Assembly: GCA_949358305.1 (NCBI GenBank)
Contig: OX442314.1
Span: 9,052,001 to 9,116,000 of the forward strand
DNA from: Strigamia acuminata
Lineage: Eukaryota
Length of the DNA: 64,000 bases
Reading direction: 5' to 3'
Part shown: one piece after another, positions 12,320 to 26,644 of the stretch
How positions within the stretch are numbered: the stretch's first letter is position 1
Layout of the letters: every line of letters starts with the position of its first letter
Translations under genes and position numbers: made by a program
Notes under the pieces: model-generated
Databases searched by the model: none
Told to the model about the DNA's origin: nothing
The model's input: the letters and a program-made list of their open reading frames with translations, nothing else

Positions 12320-14230
12320 CAAACAGCAACGATAATGATGTATTTATTGATAATTGTTTTTGCATCGGACATGTGTTTAATTTTAGTGGTTCCTCGACTC
12401 AGTTTGTGCGGTTCTTGCGCGTCGTGCGCACGTTCAACACGCGCCCACGCGAGTATATCGCGTGGACTCTCGTCTCTCTCGTCAGTCTCGATGTTTTGTA
12501 TGATTTTATTTTGCTAATTGTTTTGAGCGCGTGCAATTTCAATTGTTGCACCACACACGCATTTTCTATTGTACACCAGTGTTCCTATGTCGAATAAATT
12601 AGACTTGTTTTTAATTTCTCTGTCGCCATTGTTTGAATTCACTGCGCTGCACGAGAGCTTCAATTTATGAGTTGGACCGCTTTTTATACAAATTATGTGG
12701 GAATTTTGCTCGATTCATGCGCGGTTCTTTCTTAAGCGTCGGGCAAGTTTTGTCAGATATTGCAAAAAGTACATCGCGCGTGCACGGGCGTGCGTGGACG
12801 GTGCCCGCGTCCAACGCTCATCGGCGTCCAACTCCTTGTCTACAAAGAAGGTCGGGGTTTCGGGCATATCCTTTGCCACGACCGCGTCTTGGTTCTCGCC
12901 TTCGGTGGTCATCTCCAAGGCGGGAATCAGCCCGGATTTCAACGGGGTGCTGTCGGTCAGAAAGGGAACGGTCGGTGTTGTTGGGGAGATGTTGGAGCAG
13001 TACTAAACGTCATGTTTTGTTCACGTGAAAATGAAATGTGCGTTTAAAAAGCCTATCGTGCTGCCGGGACGTTTATTAATTTTCCCAGTTTGACATAAGC
13101 GAGCGCGCACATGGCGACGGCAATGTCTTTTGTCACCTTTAAATTCCTTTTTGGTTTCAACTATGTAAGTTACCTTGTTTTATTAAAATAACTGTTAGTT
13201 TTGTATATTTGCTAGTTGGTTCATGTTTGGTGCGTTAGATATAAACACCAAACCACCGTATTTATGTTTTCTGAGACGTACGACGCGAGTCGCGCTCGTA
13301 CGCCGACTTCGACACATCGGTAAACCGCCAGCGTGCACCATTTTTCTCGTGCTCACTCAGACGTGCGCATTACACGCGATATTGCGCACGAACGCGCACA
13401 CCGCCTCCGCGACACACATCACACACCCGTTTAAACGAGTCTCGGCGCCTATTTGACCCCAGTGTTTACTTTTTAAAATTGTGGTGTGTTTTCAAAGTTC
13501 TTAATTTGTTCAAAAACAAACAAAATGGATATCTGTTGATTTTTAAATGATTTTGTCGATTTAGTTTTTTGCTGGTTTTTAATCGATTTGTCTGTATTTT
13601 TAATCAATTCGAATGATTGACACCATTCTGTGCTTTACTCGTATTCAAGATGGCGTCGCAAACTCAAGGTCGAATTCCGCTGAATTCATTTATTGCGACT
13701 GTTTGCGCTCCATACGTGCGAAAAGGATTATGGGAATAATCCTCAATGCAGGCCATTTTGGTGTTAAATGAGCGAGGAAGGCAGGACATAAGGAAAATTG
13801 GTGAAATGTAAAAAAAAATGCTAAACAATCAACATTTAAATAAAGATCAATATTTCTGGCTCGAAATGCATATATCGGCAATTTCGGGATATTTTCGGGA
13901 CGAAATTGACTCGTTCGGAACACAGGGGAGGGACTCCCACATTCCCCATGCGTCGGCGCGTGTGTTTACGAAATACCAAATCCAGGTTTTCATACAACCC
14001 CACGTTATTTTCGGGTCAAGAGTTTTTTTATGCGCTGCCGCGCGCAATCCCCGGGTTGATGAGTTTCGCGGAATCCGACGAGCGAGTGCGATCGTGTCAT
14101 ACCGCTTCTTCTCGTGGCAAAGTAGACACCTTAATTAAACTGGCTGTTGGCTTTTTTTTTTAAACAAAGTACGAGTCTTTAAGTTGAACGGTTGTTGAGA
14201 TACACGTAGTAATGTGGACTCGCGACGCGT
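12320..14230. other. Complex cargo segment inside array, duplicated at 37175-39085
   Basis: Identical ORF set at offset 24855; diverged inverted partial copy at ~34130-34540. Confidence 0.85.
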
Positions 14231-14509
14231 TGCAACGTGGTCGGAGAACGGCCCACTTCCCTCCCCCCGACCAGGTTGTCTTTCTCTCTCTTGTCCGACC
14301 CACGGCGCGTCGCGGCGCGGCCGGAGGACGTCTCTTTCCCCTCCCCCAGTCCCAAAAACCACACCTTGAGGAACCCCGAGGTTCGGTTTCCGACCGGGCC
14401 GTTTCTCGCCCGACCCACGACGCGCCGCGGCGCGGCCGGAGGACGGCCCTCGTCCCCAAAAACCACACTCCGGGTCACGTGGTCTCGCACTCGACTTTTT
14501 CAGTTTTCC

Positions 14510-16350
14510 CGTTTTCGGCCCGTTACGGCCAAGGACCGTAACGGGTCGAAAACGGGCCGCAACGGGTCGAAAACGGCCGCAACGGGTCGAAAACGGCCCG
14601 CACGGGCCGTTAACGGGCCGCCGACGGTCCCGTCACAATCCCGTAACGGCTCGCACGGGCCGTTAACGGGCCGCCGACGGTCCCGTCACGATCCCGTAAC
14701 GGCTCGCACGGGCCGTTAACGGGCCGCCGACGGTTCCGTAACTATCCCGTAACGGCCCGCACGGGCCGTTAACGGGCCGCCGACGGTCCCGTCACGACCC
14801 CGTAACGGCCCGTACGACCTCATGCGGGCCGTTAACGGGCCGTTAACGGGCCGTTAACGGCCCGTTAACGGCGTAAAACCAAAAACAGGATTCGAGATTA
14901 ATGTCTATGAATGTTGTACGCGTTTTCATGTACGTGTTGTCGGTTGTTGATTTTTTCGATTTACACCGTCACGGCCCGTTAACGGCCCGTTAACGGCCCG
15001 TTAACGGCCCGTCAACGGCCCGCATGGGGTCGCACGGGCCGTTAACGGGCCGCTGACGGTCCCGTCACGATCCCGTCACGGCCTTCGTTCCCGGACTTCG
15101 GCTCGCCGACGGCCCGTACGACCTCACGCGGGCCGTTAACGGGCCGTTAACGGCCCGTTAACGGCCCGTTAACGGCGTAAAACCAAAAACAGGATTCGAG
15201 ATTAATGTCTATGAATGTTGTACGCGTTTTCATGTACGTGTTGTCGGTTGTTGATTTTTTCGATTCACGCCGTAACGGCCCGTTAACGGCCCGTTAACGG
15301 CCCGTCAACGGCCCGTCAACGGCCCGCAACGGCCCGCACGGGCCGTTAACGGGCCGTCGACGATCCCGTCACGATCCCGCAACGGCCCGCACGGGCCGTT
15401 AACGGGCCGCTGACGGTCCCGTCACGATCCCGCAACGGCCCGCACGGGCCGTTAACGGGCCGTCGACGATCCCGTCACGATCCCGCAACGGCCCGCACGG
15501 GCCGTTAACGGGCCGCTGACGGTCCCGTCACGATCCCGCAACGGCCCGCACGGGCCGTTAACGGGCCGTCGACGGTCCCGTCACGATCCCGCAACGGCCC
15601 GCACGGGCCGTTAACGGCCCGTTAACGGCCCGTTAACGGCCCGTTAACGGGGCAAAACCGAAAACAGGATTCGAGATTAATGTCTATGAATGTTGTACGC
15701 GTTTTCACGTACGTGTTGTCGGTTGTTGATTTTTTCGATTCACGCCGTAACGGCCCGTTAACGGCCCGTTAACGGCCCGTCAACGGCCCGTCAACGGCCC
15801 GCAACGGCCCGCACGGGCCGTTAACGGGCCGTCGACGATCCCGTCACGATCCCGCAACGGCCCGCACGGGCCGTTAACGGGCCGCTGACGGTCCCGTCAC
15901 GATCCCGTCACGGCCTTCGTTCCCGGACTTCGGCTCGCCGACGGCCCGTACGACCTCACGCGGGCCGTTAACGGGCCGTTAACGGGCCGTTAACGGCCCG
16001 TTAACGGCCCGTTAACGGCGTAAAACCAAAAACAGGATTCGAGATTAATGTCTATGAATGTTGTACGCGTTTTCACGTACGTGTTGTCGGTTGTTGATTT
16101 TTTCGATTTACGCCGTTAACGGCCCGTTAACGGCCCGTTAACGGCCCGTCAACGGCCCGCATGGAGTCGTACGGGCCGTTAACGGGCCGCCGACGGTCCC
16201 GTCACGGTCCCGTCACGGCGCGTGCGGGCCGTTAACGGGCCGCCAACGGTCCCGTCACGATCCCGTCACGGCCCGTGCGGGCCGTTAACGGGCCGCCGAC
16301 GGTCCCGTCACGATCCCGTAACGGCCCGTTACGGCCAAGGGCCGTAACGG
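14510..16350. repeat. Satellite block 2 (4 cores)
   Basis: Cores at ~14873, 15177, 15651, 16020. Confidence 0.95.
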
Positions 16351-18209
16351 GATAACTGAGAGAGTCGGGTGCGAGACCACGTGACCCGGAGTGTGGTTTT
16401 TGGGGGCGAGGGCCGTCCTCCGACCGCGCCGTGACGCGCCCCGGGTCGGATCAAGAGGCGACCCGGTCGGAAACCGAACCTCGGGGTTCCTCGGGGCGTG
16501 GTTTTTTGGGGACGGGGGGAGGGGGGGATTGGGTCGCGTGCTCCGACCGCGCCGCAACGCGCCGTGGGTCGGTCACCAACCTTTGTCAATATTTTATAAA
16601 TTTCCACGGAATTTCAACAATGTTTTACATAAGTCCGTCAAATCGGGCAGAAATATCCCGTACAATGTCGCTGCAATTCTGTGGAAATTTATCAGATATT
16701 GACAAAATTCGGTGACGGGCGGAAGGGCGATTCCCGGGCGGAAGAGAGAGAGAGAGAGAGAAAGGGGGGACGGCCGGCGCCTACGCCGACGGGGCGCGGA
16801 GGGCGAGTGCACTGTTCACGCATGTGGGCGCGTGTGGACGCTCGATTTACTGGCGCGTTGGACAAGTCAAAAAAAATTTCCCAATGTCTGACAAAAATTC
16901 CATCGAATCACGGCAATATTTGACAACACTTGCACAGATTTTTAGCAACATTCACCGGCGAGGTCGTTGATGAACTCGCTTTACCCCGATGAATCTCGCG
17001 CGACAACAACCCTGCGAAAATACCAAATCTCGTACGAATAATAAACACGGCGCAAACCGCACAAAAATCCACGACATAAAATCGAATGTCGTCTATCGGC
17101 ACTCTCAGCATTCCCCCGGACATTTTCCGGAAGAGTTTGGTCCGGCCGGAATCCGAGGAATAGTCACTCCCAAAGTGCGGATTTTGCGGGTGCACTCGCT
17201 TCCGAAGGATAGGCAAAGCAGGCGTGCGGACGCGACGCCCGGACGCGGCCGGACGGGGACCAGTCGGCGCTTAACCTTGGGGTATGTGTGCGGATTTTGT
17301 CGGGGGCGAAAGGGTCCCGCTTTTTAACATTACGGCGGCCTATACGTTGTTTCGTTGATCGCGACTGTGATGCGGAATTTGCGGATGTTGTTTTGGCCGA
17401 GTAGTTCGTGCGACCGAGCGCGTTTTGTTCGTTGCTTTTCGGTGTTCGGTGGGTTTTGTGACCGGTCAAGGGTTTCGCTAAAACGTGGTTTTTGTGACGG
17501 GAGGGAGGGGGGATCGGTTCATGTGCTCCGAACGCGCCGCGACGCGCCGTGACTTGGGCCAAAAACGACCCGGTCGGAAACCGGGTCCCGGGCTTCGTCG
17601 AGGCGTGGTTTTTGAGAACGGGGGGAGGGGGGGATCGGGTCGCGTGCTCCGAAAGCGCCGCGACGCGCCGTGACTTGGGCCAAAAACGACCCGGTCGGAA
17701 ACCGGGTCCCGGGCTTCGTCGAGGCGTGGTCCCGATCGGGACAAACTCTTCCGGAAAATGTCCGGTGGAATGTTGAGAGTGTCGATGGACGACGTTCGAG
17801 TTTATATCGTAAGTAAGTAAGTATCTGACAAAACTTGCACAGAATTTTGTCAACATTTGATAAATTTCCACAGAATTTAACGTTGTTTTGCTAAAACCTG
17901 CGGAAACGTGTCTAGTCGGGCAGAAACGTCTCGTAAAATGTTGCTGAAATTCCGTGGAAATTTGTCAAAAATTGACAAAAGTTGGTGACCGACCCACATC
18001 GCGTTGCGGCGCGGTTGGAGCACGCGACCCGATCCCCCCCTCCCCCCGTCCCCAAAAAACCACGCCTCGAGGAACCCCGAGGTTCGGTTTCCGACCGGGT
18101 CGCCTCTTGATCCGACCCGGGGCGCGTCACGGCGCGGTCGGAGGACGGCCCTCGTCCCCAAAAACCACACTCCGGGTCACGTGGTCTCGCACTCGACTTT
18201 TTCAGTTTT

Positions 18210-19075
18210 CCCGTTTTCGGCCCGTTACGGCCAAGGACCGTAACGGGTCGAAAACGGCCGCAACGGGTCGAAAACGGCCGCAACGGGTCGAAAACGGCCC
18301 GCACGGGCCGTTAACGGGCCGCCGACGGTCCCGTCACAATCCCGTAACGGCTCGCACGGGCCGTTAACGGGCCGCCGACGGTCCCGTCACGATCCCGTAA
18401 CGGCTCGCACGGGCCGTTAACGGGCCGCCGACGGTTCCGTAACTATCCCGTAACGGCCCGCACGGGCCGTTAACGGGCCGCCGACGGTCCCGTCACGACC
18501 CCGTAACGGCCCGTACGACCTCATGCGGGCCGTTAACGGGCCGTTAACGGGCCGTTAACGGCCCGTTAACGGCGTAAAACCAAAAACAGGATTCGAGATT
18601 AATGTCTATGAATGTTGTATGCGTTTTCATGTACGTGTTGTCGGTTGTTGATTTTTTCGATTTACACCGTCACGGCCCGTTAACGGCCCGTTAACGGCCC
18701 GTTAACGGCCCGTCAACGGCCCGCATGGGGTCGCACGGGCCGTTAACGGGCCGCCGACGGTCCCGTCACGATCCCGTAACGGCCCGCACGGGCCGTTAAC
18801 GGGCCGCCGACGGTCCCGTCACGATTCCGTAACGGCTCGCACGGGCCGTTAACGGGCCGCCGACGGTCCCGTCACGATCCCGTAACGGCTCGCACGGGCC
18901 GTTAACGGGCCGCCGACGGTCCCGTCACGGTCCCGTAACGGCCTTCGTTCCCGGACTTCGGCTCGCCGACGGCCCGTGCGACCTCATGCGGGCCGCTAAC
19001 GGGCCGTCAACGGGCCGTTAACGGCCCGTTTTCGACCCGCTACGGCCCGTCACGGCCTGTTGGCCGTGCGACCCG
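18210..19075. repeat. Satellite block 3 (1 core)
   Basis: Core at ~18574. Confidence 0.95.
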
Positions 19076-19469
19076 TGACTCGGAGTGTGGTTTTTGGGGA
19101 CGAGGGCCGTCCTCCGGCCGCGCCGCGACGCGCCGCGGGTCGGACAAGAAACGACCCGGTCGGAAACCGAACCTCAGTGTCCAATCGGGCAGAAATTGTG
19201 CGGAAGTTTAACCAAAAATGGCCAAAAGTCGGTGCAAGTTTTGCACGCAACAAACGTCCGATGTGACAGTGCCCATGCGGGTTGGACGTGCATGTGGGCG
19301 CGTGTGGGCGCTCGATTTACCGGCCCGTTGGACGAGTTAAACCAAAATTTCCCAATATCTTGCATAAATTTAAAGAAGATTTGACAGATTTCCAGATTTT
19401 AAGCGATGTTTTACATAAGTCCGTCCCATTGCTGAAATTCCGTGAAAATTTGTCAAAAATTGACAAAAG

Positions 19470-21505
19470 TCTGTGCAAATTTTGTCAGAAATAGGAAACA
19501 AAAAATTTAAAATTCGTCCAACGCGCCAGTAAATCGAGCGCGCCCATGCGTGGACAGTGCGCCGGCGGGAGCCCCGGCCGTCCTCTCTCTCTCTCTCTCT
19601 CGGCCGCCAAGGCTCGCCCCTCCGCCCGTCGGCGGGAGCCCCGACCGTCCCCCCTCTCTCTTTCGGCCGCCAAAGGATCGCCCCTCCGCTCGTCACAGAT
19701 TTTTGTCAATATTTGATGAATTTCAACAGATTTTCAGCAATATTTTACAGGACATTTCTGCTCTTTTGGATACATTTTCAAAGGTTTTATTGCTAAAATT
19801 CTGGGGAAATTTATCAAAAATTGACAAAAAATCGATGCAAGTTTTGTCAGAAACTGATAAAATCTTCTTAAACTCGTCCAACGCGCCGGCGAGTGCACAT
19901 GCGGGGACAGTGGGCACGTCCAGCCCGCGTGCACACTGTCAGATCGGGCGGTTTCGGGCACAGTTTGATCCGGGCAAATATCTAGCAAAACTTGCACCGA
20001 TTTTTTGTCAATTTTAGACAAATTTCAGCGATATTTTACGAGACATTTCTGCTCGATTGGACACATTTCCAGGGGTTTTTTGTAAAACATTGATAAAATT
20101 CCGTGGAAATTTATCAAATATTGGCAAAATTCGGTGCTAATTTTGTCAAAAATTAGGAAAAAAAAATTTTCAAAACTTGTCCAACGTGCCGGTAAATCGA
20201 GCGCCCACATGCCTAGATAGTGCACGCCCAACCCGCCAAGGCTCGCCCCTCCGCCCGTTGGCGGGAGCCCCGGCCGTCCCCTCTCTCTCTCTTTCTCTCT
20301 CTCTCTCGGGCGCCCGGAGCTCGCCCCTCCGCCCGTCACCGACTTTTGACACAATTTTTGATGAAATTCAACGGAATTTTAGCAACGTTTTACAAAAAAC
20401 CTGTGGAAATGTGTCCAACCGGGCAGAAATGTGTCGTAAAATGTTGCCGAAATTCTGTGAAAATTTGTCACAAATTGCCAAAAGTCGGTGCAAATTTTGT
20501 CAGAAATAGGAAACAAAAAATTTAAAATTCGTCCAACGCGCCAGTAAATCGAGCGCGCCCATGCGTGGACAGTGCGCCGGCGGGAGCCCCGGCCGTCCTC
20601 TCTCTCTCTCTCTCTCGGCCGCCAAGGCTCGCCCCTCCGCCCGTCGGCGGGAGCCCCGACCGTCCCCCCTCTCTCTTTCGGCCGCCAAAGGATCGCCCCT
20701 CCGCTCGTCACAGATTTTTGTCAATATTTGATGAATTTCAACAGATTTTCAGCAATATTTTACAGGACATTTCTGCTCTTTTGGATACATTTTCAAAGGT
20801 TTTATTGCTAAAATTCTGGGGAAATTTATCAAATATTGACAAAAAATCGATGCAAGTTTTGTCAGAAATTGATAAAATCTTCTTAAACTCGTCCAACGCG
20901 CCGGCGAGTGCACATGCGGGGACAGTGGGCACGTCCAGCCCGCGTGCACACTGTCAGATCGGGCGGTTTCGGGCACAGTTTGATCCGGGCAAATATCTAG
21001 CAAAACTTGCACCGATTTTTTGTCAATTTTAGACAAATTTCAGCGATATTTTACGAGACATTTCTGCTCGATTGGACACATTTCCAGGGGTTTTTTGTAA
21101 AACATTGATAAAATTCCGTGGAAATTTATCAAATATTGGCAAAATTCGGTGCTAATTTTGTCAAAAATTAGGAAAAAAAAATTTTCAAAACTTGTCCAAC
21201 GTGCCGGTAAATCGAGCGCCCACATGCCTAGATAGTGCACGCCCAACCCGCCAAGGCTCGCCCCTCCGCCCGTTGGCGGGAGCCCCGGCCGTCCCCTCTC
21301 TCTCTCTTTCTCTCTCTCTCTCGGGCGCCCGGAGCTCGCCCCTCCGCCCGTCACCGACTTTTGACACAATTTTTGATGAAATTCAACGGAATTTTAGCAA
21401 CGTTTTACAAAAAACCTGTGGAAATGTGTCCAACCGGGCAGAAATGTGTCGTAAAATGTTGCCGAAATTCTGTGAAAATTTGTCACAAATTGCCAAAAGT
21501 CGGTG
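19470..21505 (+). repeat. 1015-bp tandem repeat, 2 copies
   Basis: Sequence and ORF track repeat at offset 1015. Confidence 0.95.
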
Positions 21506-21904
21506 CAAGTATTGCTAGATTTGGGCGCATCAAACTGTGCCGAGATCTGACAGTGTCCACGCGGTTTTGAAGCGCCCACTGTCGACGCACGTGGGCGCTC
21601 AATTTACCGGCGCGTTGGACGAGTTTTGAAAAAAGTTTTTTCCTAATTTCTGACAAAACTTGCACCGAATTTTGTCAATATGTGATAAATTTCCATGGAT
21701 TTTAAGCAATGTTTTACAGAAGTCCGTCCCATCGGGCAGAAACGTCTCGTAAAATGTCGCTGAAATTCCGTGAAAATCTGTCAAAAATTGACAAAAGTTG
21801 GTGACCGACCCGCGGCGCGTCACGGCGCGGTCGGAGGACGGCCCTCGTCCCCAAAAACCACACTCCGGGTCACGTGGTCTCGCACTCGACTTTTTCAGTT
21901 TTCC

Positions 21905-22800
21905 CGTTTTCGGCCCGTTACGGCCAAGGACCGTAACGGGTCGAAAACGGGCCGCAACGGGTCGAAAACGGCCGCAACGGGTCGAAAACGGCCGCAACGG
22001 GTCGAAAACGGCCCGCACGGGCCGTTAACGGGCCGCCGACGGTCCCGTCACAATCCCGTAACGGCTCGCACGGGCCGTTAACGGGCCGCCGACGGTCCCG
22101 TCACGATCCCGTAACGGCTCGCACGGGCCGTTAACGGGCCGCCGACGGTTCCGTAACTATCCCGTAACGGCCCGCACGGGCCGTTAACGGGCCGCCGACG
22201 GTCCCGTCACGACCCCGTAACGGCCCGTACGACCTCATGCGGGCCGTTAACGGGCCGTTAACGGGCCGTTAACGGGCCGTTAACGGCCCGTTAACGGCGT
22301 AAAACCAAAAACAGGATTCGAGATTAATGTCTATGAATGTTGTACGCGTTTTCATGTACGTGTTGTCGGTTGTTGATTTTTTCGATTTACACCGTCACGG
22401 CCCGTTAACGGCCCGTTAACGGCCCGTTAACGGCCCGTCAACGGCCCGCATGGGGTCGCACGGGCCGTTAACGGGCCGCCGACGGTCCCGTCACGATCCC
22501 GTAACGGCCCGCACGGGCCGTTAACGGGCCGCCGACGGTCCCGTCACGATTCCGTAACGGCTCGCACGGGCCGTTAACGGGCCGCCGACGGTCCCGTCAC
22601 GATCCCGTAACGGCTCGCACGGGCCGTTAACGGGCCGCCGACGGTCCCGTCACGGTCCCGTAACGGCCTTCGTTCCCGGACTTCGGCTCGCCGACGGCCC
22701 GTGCGACCTCATGCGGGCCGCTAACGGGCCGTCAACGGGCCGTTAACGGCCCGTTTTCGACCCGCTACGGCCCGTCACGGCCTGTTGGCCGTGCGACCCG
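21905..22800. repeat. Satellite block 4 (1 core)
   Basis: Core at ~22299; part of 3725-bp higher-order duplication. Confidence 0.95.
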
Positions 22801-23194
22801 TGACTCGGAGTGTGGTTTTTGGGGACGAGGGCCGTCCTCCGGCCGCGCCGCGACGCGCCGCGGGTCGGACAAGAAACGACCCGGTCGGAAACCGAACCTC
22901 AGTGTCCAATCGGGCAGAAATTGTGCGGAAGTTTAACCAAAAATGGCCAAAAGTCGGTGCAAGTTTTGCACGCAACAAACGTCCGATGTGACAGTGCCCA
23001 TGCGGGTTGGACGTGCATGTGGGCGCGTGTGGGCGCTCGATTTACCGGCCCGTTGGACGAGTTAAACCAAAATTTCCCAATATCTTGCATAAATTTAAAG
23101 AAGATTTGACAGATTTCCAGATTTTAAGCGATGTTTTACATAAGTCCGTCCCATTGCTGAAATTCCGTGAAAATTTGTCAAAAATTGACAAAAG

Positions 23195-26100
23195 TCTGTG
23201 CAAATTTTGTCAGAAATAGGAAACAAAAAATTTAAAATTCGTCCAACGCGCCAGTAAATCGAGCGCGCCCATGCGTGGACAGTGCGCCGGCGGGAGCCCC
23301 GGCCGTCCTCTCTCTCTCTCTCTCTCGGCCGCCAAGGCTCGCCCCTCCGCCCGTCGGCGGGAGCCCCGACCGTCCCCCCTCTCTCTTTCGGCCGCCAAAG
23401 GATCGCCCCTCCGCTCGTCACAGATTTTTGTCAATATTTGATGAATTTCAACAGATTTTCAGCAATATTTTACAGGACATTTCTGCTCTTTTGGATACAT
23501 TTTCAAAGGTTTTATTGCTAAAATTCTGGGGAAATTTATCAAAAATTGACAAAAAATCGATGCAAGTTTTGTCAGAAACTGATAAAATCTTCTTAAACTC
23601 GTCCAACGCGCCGGCGAGTGCACATGCGGGGACAGTGGGCACGTCCAGCCCGCGTGCACACTGTCAGATCGGGCGGTTTCGGGCACAGTTTGATCCGGGC
23701 AAATATCTAGCAAAACTTGCACCGATTTTTTGTCAATTTTAGACAAATTTCAGCGATATTTTACGAGACATTTCTGCTCGATTGGACACATTTCCAGGGG
23801 TTTTTTGTAAAACATTGATAAAATTCCGTGGAAATTTATCAAATATTGGCAAAATTCGGTGCTAATTTTGTCAAAAATTAGGAAAAAAAAATTTTCAAAA
23901 CTTGTCCAACGTGCCGGTAAATCGAGCGCCCACATGCCTAGATAGTGCACGCCCAACCCGCCAAGGCTCGCCCCTCCGCCCGTTGGCGGGAGCCCCGGCC
24001 GTCCCCTCTCTCTCTCTTTCTCTCTCTCTCTCGGGCGCCCGGAGCTCGCCCCTCCGCCCGTCACCGACTTTTGACACAATTTTTGATGAAATTCAACGGA
24101 ATTTTAGCAACGTTTTACAAAAAACCTGTGGAAATGTGTCCAACCGGGCAGAAATGTGTCGTAAAATGTTGCCGAAATTCTGTGAAAATTTGTCACAAAT
24201 TGCCAAAAGTCGGTGCAAATTTTGTCAGAAATAGGAAACAAAAAATTTAAAATTCGTCCAACGCGCCAGTAAATCGAGCGCGCCCATGCGTGGACAGTGC
24301 GCCGGCGGGAGCCCCGGCCGTCCTCTCTCTCTCTCTCTCTCGGCCGCCAAGGCTCGCCCCTCCGCCCGTCGGCGGGAGCCCCGACCGTCCCCCCTCTCTC
24401 TTTCGGCCGCCAAAGGATCGCCCCTCCGCTCGTCACAGATTTTTGTCAATATTTGATGAATTTCAACAGATTTTCAGCAATATTTTACAGGACATTTCTG
24501 CTCTTTTGGATACATTTTCAAAGGTTTTATTGCTAAAATTCTGGGGAAATTTATCAAATATTGACAAAAAATCGATGCAAGTTTTGTCAGAAATTGATAA
24601 AATCTTCTTAAACTCGTCCAACGCGCCGGCGAGTGCACATGCGGGGACAGTGGGCACGTCCAGCCCGCGTGCACACTGTCAGATCGGGCGGTTTCGGGCA
24701 CAGTTTGATCCGGGCAAATATCTAGCAAAACTTGCACCGATTTTTTGTCAATTTTAGACAAATTTCAGCGATATTTTACGAGACATTTCTGCTCGATTGG
24801 ACACATTTCCAGGGGTTTTTTGTAAAACATTGATAAAATTCCGTGGAAATTTATCAAATATTGGCAAAATTCGGTGCTAATTTTGTCAAAAATTAGGAAA
24901 AAAAAATTTTCAAAACTTGTCCAACGTGCCGGTAAATCGAGCGCCCACATGCCTAGATAGTGCACGCCCAACCCGCCAAGGCTCGCCCCTCCGCCCGTTG
25001 GCGGGAGCCCCGGCCGTCCCCTCTCTCTCTCTTTCTCTCTCTCTCTCGGGCGCCCGGAGCTCGCCCCTCCGCCCGTCACCGACTTTTGACACAATTTTTG
25101 ATGAAATTCAACGGAATTTTAGCAACGTTTTACAAAAAACCTGTGGAAATGTGTCCAACCGGGCAGAAATGTGTCGTAAAATGTTGCCGAAATTCTGTGA
25201 AAATTTGTCACAAATTGCCAAAAGTCGGTGCAAATTTTGTCAGAAATAGGAAACAAAAAATTTAAAATTCGTCCAACGCGCCAGTAAATCGAGCGCGCCC
25301 ATGCGTGGACAGTGCGCCGGCGGGAGCCCCGGCCGTCCTCTCTCTCTCTCTCTCTCGGCCGCCAAGGCTCGCCCCTCCGCCCGTCGGCGGGAGCCCCGAC
25401 CGTCCCCCCTCTCTCTTTCGGCCGCCAAAGGATCGCCCCTCCGCTCGTCACAGATTTTTGTCAATATTTGATGAATTTCAACAGATTTTCAGCAATATTT
25501 TACAGGACATTTCTGCTCTTTTGGATACATTTTCAAAGGTTTTATTGCTAAAATTCTGGGGAAATTTATCAAATATTGACAAAAAATCGATGCAAGTTTT
25601 GTCAGAAATTGATAAAATCTTCTTAAACTCGTCCAACGCGCCGGCGAGTGCACATGCGGGGACAGTGGGCACGTCCAGCCCGCGTGCACACTGTCAGATC
25701 GGGCGGTTTCGGGCACAGTTTGATCCGGGCAAATATCTAGCAAAACTTGCACCGATTTTTTGTCAATTTTAGACAAATTTCAGCAATATTTTACGAGACA
25801 TTTCTGCTCGATTGGACACATTTCCAGGGGTTTTTTGTAAAACATTGATAAAATTCCGTGGAAATTTATCAAATATTGGCAAAATTCGGTGCTAATTTTG
25901 TCAAAAATTAGGAAAAAAAAATTTTCAAAACTTGTCCAACGTGCCGGTAAATCGAGCGCCCACATGCCTAGATAGTGCACGCCCAACCCGCCAAGGCTCG
26001 CCCCTCCGCCCGTTGGCGGGAGCCCCGGCCGTCCCCTCTCTCTCTCTTTCTCTCTCTCTCTCGGGCGCCCGGAGCTCGCCCCTCCGCCCGTCACCGACTT

Positions 26101-26245
26101 TTGACACAATTTTTGATGAAATTCAACAGAATTTTAGCAACGTTTTACAAAAAACCTGTGGAAATGTGTCCAACCGGGCAGAAATGTGTCGTAAAATGTT
26201 GCCGAAATTCTGTGAAAATTTGTCACAAATTGCCAAAAGTCGGTG
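23195..26245 (+). repeat. 1015-bp tandem repeat, 3 copies
   Basis: ORFs recur at 23275, 24290, 25305. Confidence 0.95.
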
Positions 26246-26644
26246 CAAGTATTGCTAGATTTGGGCGCATCAAACTGTGCCGAGATCTGACAGTGTCCAC
26301 GCGGTTTTGAAGCGCCCACTGTCGACGCACGTGGGCGCTCAATTTACCGGCGCGTTGGACGAGTTTTGAAAAAAGTTTTTTCCTAATTTCTGACAAAACT
26401 TGCACCGAATTTTGTCAATATGTGATAAATTTCCATGGATTTTAAGCAATGTTTTACAGAAGTCCGTCCCATCGGGCAGAAACGTCTCGTAAAATGTCGC
26501 TGAAATTCCGTGAAAATCTGTCAAAAATTGACAAAAGTTGGTGACCGACCCGCGGCGCGTCACGGCGCGGTCGGAGGACGGCCCTCGTCCCCAAAAACCA
26601 CACTCCGGGTCACGTGGTCTCGCACTCGACTTTTTCAGTTTTCC

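Larger units (their letters stand above)
10009..17208. mobile_element. Unit 1: end-A to end-A foldback, 7.2 kb
   Basis: 10009-~10875 is the inverted copy of ~16345-17208; right end followed by ATAG rather than TTAA. Confidence 0.75.

Noticed and set aside
13730..13900. Possible integrase zinc-finger remnant (AGHFGVK...QYFWLEM)
   Set aside because: Stops and spacing inconsistent; too weak without a profile search
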